Shown: positions 59,161-64,000 of the stretch, piece by piece
Numbering within the stretch: the first letter of the stretch is position 1
Layout: each line of letters opens with the position of its first letter
Assembly (NCBI RefSeq): GCF_001447785.1
Contig: NW_015165243.1
Location: forward strand, 512,313 to 576,312
DNA length: 64,000 nt
Reading direction: 5' to 3'
DNA from: Gekko japonicus
Lineage: Eukaryota
Translations under genes and position numbers: made by a program
Notes under the pieces: model-generated
The model's input: only the letters and a program-made list of their open reading frames with translations
Told to the model about the DNA's origin: nothing
The model's database searches: none

Positions 59161-61948
59161 ACCAGCAAGAAAGGTGGCCTTTAAATGGAGTAAACAAGAT
59201 AGAATAAAGCCATGCTCCTTGCTCCGAGTCTGATTTTATTCTACAGTTGTCTATTACAAAGGGAGGACCTATTTTCATTAACATGATGGCATTCTGTAGT
59301 TATGGCTTAATATTTATGCTGAGCATGTTGTTTGACTATCCAGCCTGATTAGCTATGATTTAGAGTGCTCCCTTATGTTGTTTCTCAGTCTGAAAAGCAA
59401 TATGTTGTTTTTAAAAAAAATGGAAACTGTCATGATGCAAATGCTGTTCAGTAGGCAGACCACCTGAAACGACAATAGGCCCACTTTTTATAGGATACCC
59501 TGTGCAGCCATTTGTTAAACTATCAGAGAATTAGATATGGATGAGGTAATAGTGTAGGAATGCTATGTTTTCACTGGGGAGTTTCAAAGTGTAAAGTGAG
59601 AGCTTAACAGCTCCATACTTCAAAAAACAAAACAGCAGTATTTACAAAAATGGGAGTATAACTCTGAAGCATAATAAAGGATAGTTCTGAGAGGCAGCAC
59701 TATGAACAAAATGCAAAAGTTTGCCATGCAATTTCCTCATTAATTTCCTCTTCTGAAACCCTCAGCCCCAAAATCAGTGCTGTCTGAGCAAACTGTAAAG
59801 TTTTAATGTATCCCGCTTAGAGAACTATTGCACAGAGTATCGTAAAAAAGAAAAAGTAACATTTCTGAGTTTCACTGTCCTATCAAAACTATGAATTTGG
59901 CAATCTGATGTAAATTTAAAGACAGTAATTGAATCACAGATTTATGAAAGATGGAAATTGAATCAAGATAGAGAGAATGGTATTCATTAGTCAAACAAAA
60001 GAAATGACAATAAGAGCTAGAAAAGATTAATGAGACAGATGAGTATAAACACAGAAAAGATACAGCCAAATAAATCAAGAATTCAGATAAATAGATGCTA
60101 TGCATTTCATATTCACCATGTTACATTGTTATGGTTACTATGTTAACACTGGGACAAATTCATGAAACAACTGGATTCTAAGATCACTTAGTTGGTATAG
60201 TCTTATTTTAGTATACATACCACATATTACAATGTCAACATATTGATTTGGGTAGATATGTAAAAGCACAAATTTATTAGCTCTCATTAAAAAAACAACA
60301 ACAACGAAGTGCCACAATCAACAGATGTCCTGCCTGAATTGGAGCTGGCAAGAAACTGGAAATTTAGGGGGGAGGGGTAGACCAAACCACAATGTAGGAA
60401 TATGAGGGGTGGAGATAAGCAAAAGCAAAAATAAAAAATAAATACAGACTTACAGAGCAATCCGGGGGGGTGGGGGGAGGAAGCACTCTGGGAGCCAACA
60501 TACCCCTACGTCAGCATAACTCTCAGTTATGTCAGTGTAAGTCCAGGTACATTGGTATAACTGGCATGTACAACAGTACAGGTCAGCTGCAGCACCCTGT
60601 TGCTTGCAGGCACTAGTGGTGGGGTGCAGTGGCTGGCCATTGGTGCAACTGAGGCATGGGCCCCTGTGCCAGTGTGGTTGTGGGCAGGTTTGGGGATGTG
60701 GCCAGAGTTAGTCAGCTCCCAGAACTCTTTTGGCCTCAGAATACCCCCTCCCAGAAGTGGAAAGTTATGCCAACAAAAACCAGGGCATAGTCCATAAGCA
60801 CCCATGGATCACAAAAATAAAGAGTCTCCCCCCCCCCCGCTGTATCCCTGGCCATTAGCCATGGAAGAGCTCAGGATGCTGACGACAGCCTTGGCCAAAT
60901 CTCACCCACACCAGAGTGGCCAAGCCCCCTCTCCGGCACCCAGTTGTGGCCCCCTCCATCCTACAAAAATGTTTGCCAGAAACTCGTACAGCTCAGTAGT
61001 AAGGGCATGATGCACAGGACTCTGTCTTGGAGCTCCCTGACATGCAGACTCAGAGCAAGTGGTGAAGCACTTTGGTGGTGGGTGCTGCACAGAGAGGACA
61101 CCTCAGGGCAAACAGTTGGCACTGACACCCAAGGAGGAAAACAAAGTCTGTACTCTGTGGCTGACCTCTCCCATTTCAGAACCCTAACAGGTATGCCACC
61201 TTCGGAGGCTCGGCTCACAGGGGCACCCACGCACTGACCGGTAAGCACAGGCAAGCATTCCAAACCTGCTCCCCCTCTTCCCTCACTTGAGGTGAGGTGC
61301 TATGACAGTGTCTCCTGCACTCAAGCCCAGCACTGGGTCCAGGCATGGGGCAGCACAAGCCGCCGTGGTGCAGCATCATGACCCCAGACATGCCATGGGG
61401 GAACTTCCCTGGAAAGGTTTCCATGAGACTCAGCAGGGTACAGAGTGTGTCTGCAATTGGGGGGCTCTGGCAGCTGCTCCGCCGCTTGTGGTGAACCAGC
61501 TCGGCAAGTGTCCCTTTAAACCATTCCCTCGTCACTTCACAGCCTTCAACTAGAGCTCCTGCGGGGTATGGATTGTAAGCAATCCAGGACCACTTCAACA
61601 CAGGACAGGTGAGTGTAAGTTGGCAAGTTCCATCTTCCACTTCAAGCGGGTTTTGTGGTGAGCCCCACCCCCCCCCCCCCCGGACTGTATTTGCAGACCC
61701 TTCCAGGACAAGACATCCATGGCCGAGGTTGCCATGGCACTCATGCTCAGTTGCCATGGCTCTGTTTTACTGTCTTGCAGGTGGAGATTCAACAAAGAGG
61801 CTTGTGGGTGTGGCTAGTCCTCTCCCACACACTCTACTCAGTCAACTGTTCCAGCCCTCCTCTTGAAGCACAGCTTTGCACCCAGCCAGCCTTTCTAAGT
61901 TCCACCTGGGATGCTATCCCACTTACGGTCAGTCAGTGGGATAGCATC

Positions 61949-62106
61949 TCTCAGAGCTGTTCTCTCACCAGCAGTCCTTGAAAGTGCTCTCTCTCAGCCG
62001 CATCTACCTCACAGGGTGTCTGTTGTGAGGAGGGGTAGGGAANNNNNNNNNNNNNNNNNNNNNNNGGATAGTGAAGAGCAGTTTATAAATCCAATCTCTT
62101 CTCTTA
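61949..62106 (+). mobile_element. Squam3-type SINE, 5'-truncated and spanning an N-gap
   Basis: agagctgttctc...ctctcagcc...cctcacagggtgtctgttgtg...tataaatccaatctctt. Confidence 0.8.
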
Positions 62107-63594
62107 TTATTATTATAGGCTCATGCCATGCTGGGCACCCTCACTCCCTGGAGTGGAAGTGGACAGAGTCGTCAGCCTTGCCATGGATTCCAGTGCAATA
62201 AAGTCAATGTTCTGGCCCAACTTTGTCTCTGCTGCTTTGTTTCTGCTACATGGCCAGAGCTCCCTGCCCCACGCCATCTCCACTCCATCTGCCACTCCCC
62301 CTGTGGGCTTCCAAGGAAATGTCTAAGAGGGAGGGCTCACTCAACTCGCAGAATGAGCCACCTCATTGCAAATAAGTCACCTCATTGCACTGGCTAGAGC
62401 ATGAGGCTGGACCCGGGGGGGGGGGCAGATTCCATTCCCCACTTGTTACATGGAAGCTGGGTGGGTGGCCTTGGGCCAGATGCCAGATGCACAGTCTCAG
62501 CCTGAACAACCTCATGGGGTTGTTGTGAACATTGAGTGGAGAAGAGGGGAATGATGCAACCTACTAGGGGGGTTGCTAATGGAAGGAGTGCATGGATGAG
62601 GCTCCTAACTGTGTGTCTGCTCCAGGAAGGGGTTCCTCTAGCATCTGTGCAAGACGCATGGAAGGCACTGGGTCACAGGGGTTCCCTGAGTCAATGGTAG
62701 AGGGAGCCCCTGCAGTGGGCAGACTCAATATATTCATAGTGGGGCTTGCCCATAGAACATACTGGCATGCAGGGCAAACAAATTATGGCGACCACGTGCC
62801 TGTCATTGGCAGGGGTCTCTGTCTGTGGACGAGAGGACAACAGGGCTCTGCCAAGCTGCCCTTCCCCACCCCCAACTGTCATGTGCAATGGCATCTGCCC
62901 CAGAACTGGCCACTTCCATTGACCCAAAGTGCCCCTCCCCTCGTGCCACCCCCATCTTGACAGTATGCCCTCACTGTAGTGTTATCACCATGGGCATGGC
63001 TTCACAAGCAGCCGGCTACACTCCCCCCCTTCACTATAGCGTGCCTTGGCCCTTAGGGAGCCAACTAGCAGCGCCAATGTTGCACGGTGGCTGGCTGCTG
63101 CAATGCAGGCATAGCTCAGGAATGCTCTGCTTGATTCCTATTGCCCCAGACAAGTGTTTATCACATCATTTCCAGATGACCACCATTCCATTCTGGTATG
63201 TTCTAAGCACCAATAGTCACTGCTTTCAGATGACATCATGACTGGAAGAAAAATCCATTACAAACAGAAATTTCCCTTTAACTGGAAAAGAAAAGTTCTC
63301 TGCAGTATTTATCATGCTACTGTGGAGTACGATGGTGTTAGCACCATTCAAGGAAATGCCTTTGTTTTTTATCTTTATGTCTTAAAATTGTTAGAGTGAA
63401 CAGGTCAGCATGCCTGGACAATGGGGGCCACTACACTACTCTCATTGTGTATAGTTTTTATCTCCTTGAATGGGATGCCTCTCTTTGGCCCATTCTGCAT
63501 CTAGCATTCATTCCATTGTTTTACCAAACCCACACTGGGAAAGAAAAAGATGCAGTGTAATACCACATTCAAATACCCCAGGCCAACACCATAC

Positions 63595-64000
63595 TGTTGT
63601 CGTCGTACTGGGAGTTGAAGTGTGTTCGGCTCTGGGTGAAGGAATTGTCCTGTTTAGCGAGTACCTGTGGTCTGTGGCCACCGCAAAGATCGACTGGTGC
63701 ATCAATGCTGGAACAGCAGATTCCGGTGCTCGTGGGGAGGGGAACGTTTAGCGGTGGGTCTAGGCAGAAGGTCAAGGGAAGGGCGTTGAGAAAAAGGAGG
63801 GCTCGACGCCCTTCCAGCCTAAGACCCATCCCGAAGGAGGTCAGCAGTGGGGCTCGGATGAGGGACCCCCTTCCGTCATTGGTGTTGTGCAACGCCAGGT
63901 CCATTAATAATAAGACTGCAGTCCTTCGGGACTTTGTCATGGAACAACACATAGACCTGGCGTGCATGACCGAGACCTGGGTACAGGGTGGGGAGACTGT
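63595..64000 (+). mobile_element. L2 LINE, start of the ORF2 APE endonuclease (runs off the window)
   Basis: From 63879 the frame reads LVLCNARSINNKTAVLRDFVMEQHIDLACMTETWV. CpG-rich. Left boundary approximate. Confidence 0.85.

Noticed and set aside
1-64000. A novel multi-gene or prokaryote-style system (CRISPR, defence island, operon)
   Set aside because: The sequence is a vertebrate intron. There is no repeat-spacer array, and all RT/endonuclease frames are ordinary CR1, L2, L1 or RTE pieces.
53626-64000. Upstream 12-nt ERC2 microexon
   Set aside because: No candidate with flanking AG/GT was identified by eye. It probably lies outside the window but cannot be excluded.

Overview
Vertebrate nuclear DNA, almost certainly from a squamate reptile. 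It is most likely a gecko, inferred from many Squam3-type SINEs together with Sauria SINEs. The assembly is a draft with N-gaps at 24720-24862 and 62043-62065. The window lies inside the large minus-strand gene ERC2 (CAST1, a presynaptic active-zone scaffold). Only one coding exon is recognisable (53426-53561, 136 nt); the rest is intron. The intron is dense in transposons: young CR1 LINEs (one with an open 621-codon RT frame), L2, L1 and RTE fragments, Sauria, Squam3 and 5S-derived SINEs, an ancient AmnSINE1, three solo LTRs, hAT and PIF/Harbinger MITEs with readable TIRs and TSDs, and probable Penelope and Helitron remnants. Nearly all other ORFs in the track are chance or TE-antisense frames. 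I found no new protein-coding system. The best leads are: five same-frame YAG acceptors upstream of the ERC2 exon; a nested insertion whose three TSD pairs are all readable; an inverted CR1 pair with mosaic identity; a recurrent L2 breakpoint; a 74-bp inverted copy 24 kb from its twin; a fold-back near the exon; and a possibly exapted AmnSINE1. All TE family names come from recalled consensus features, not database searches.
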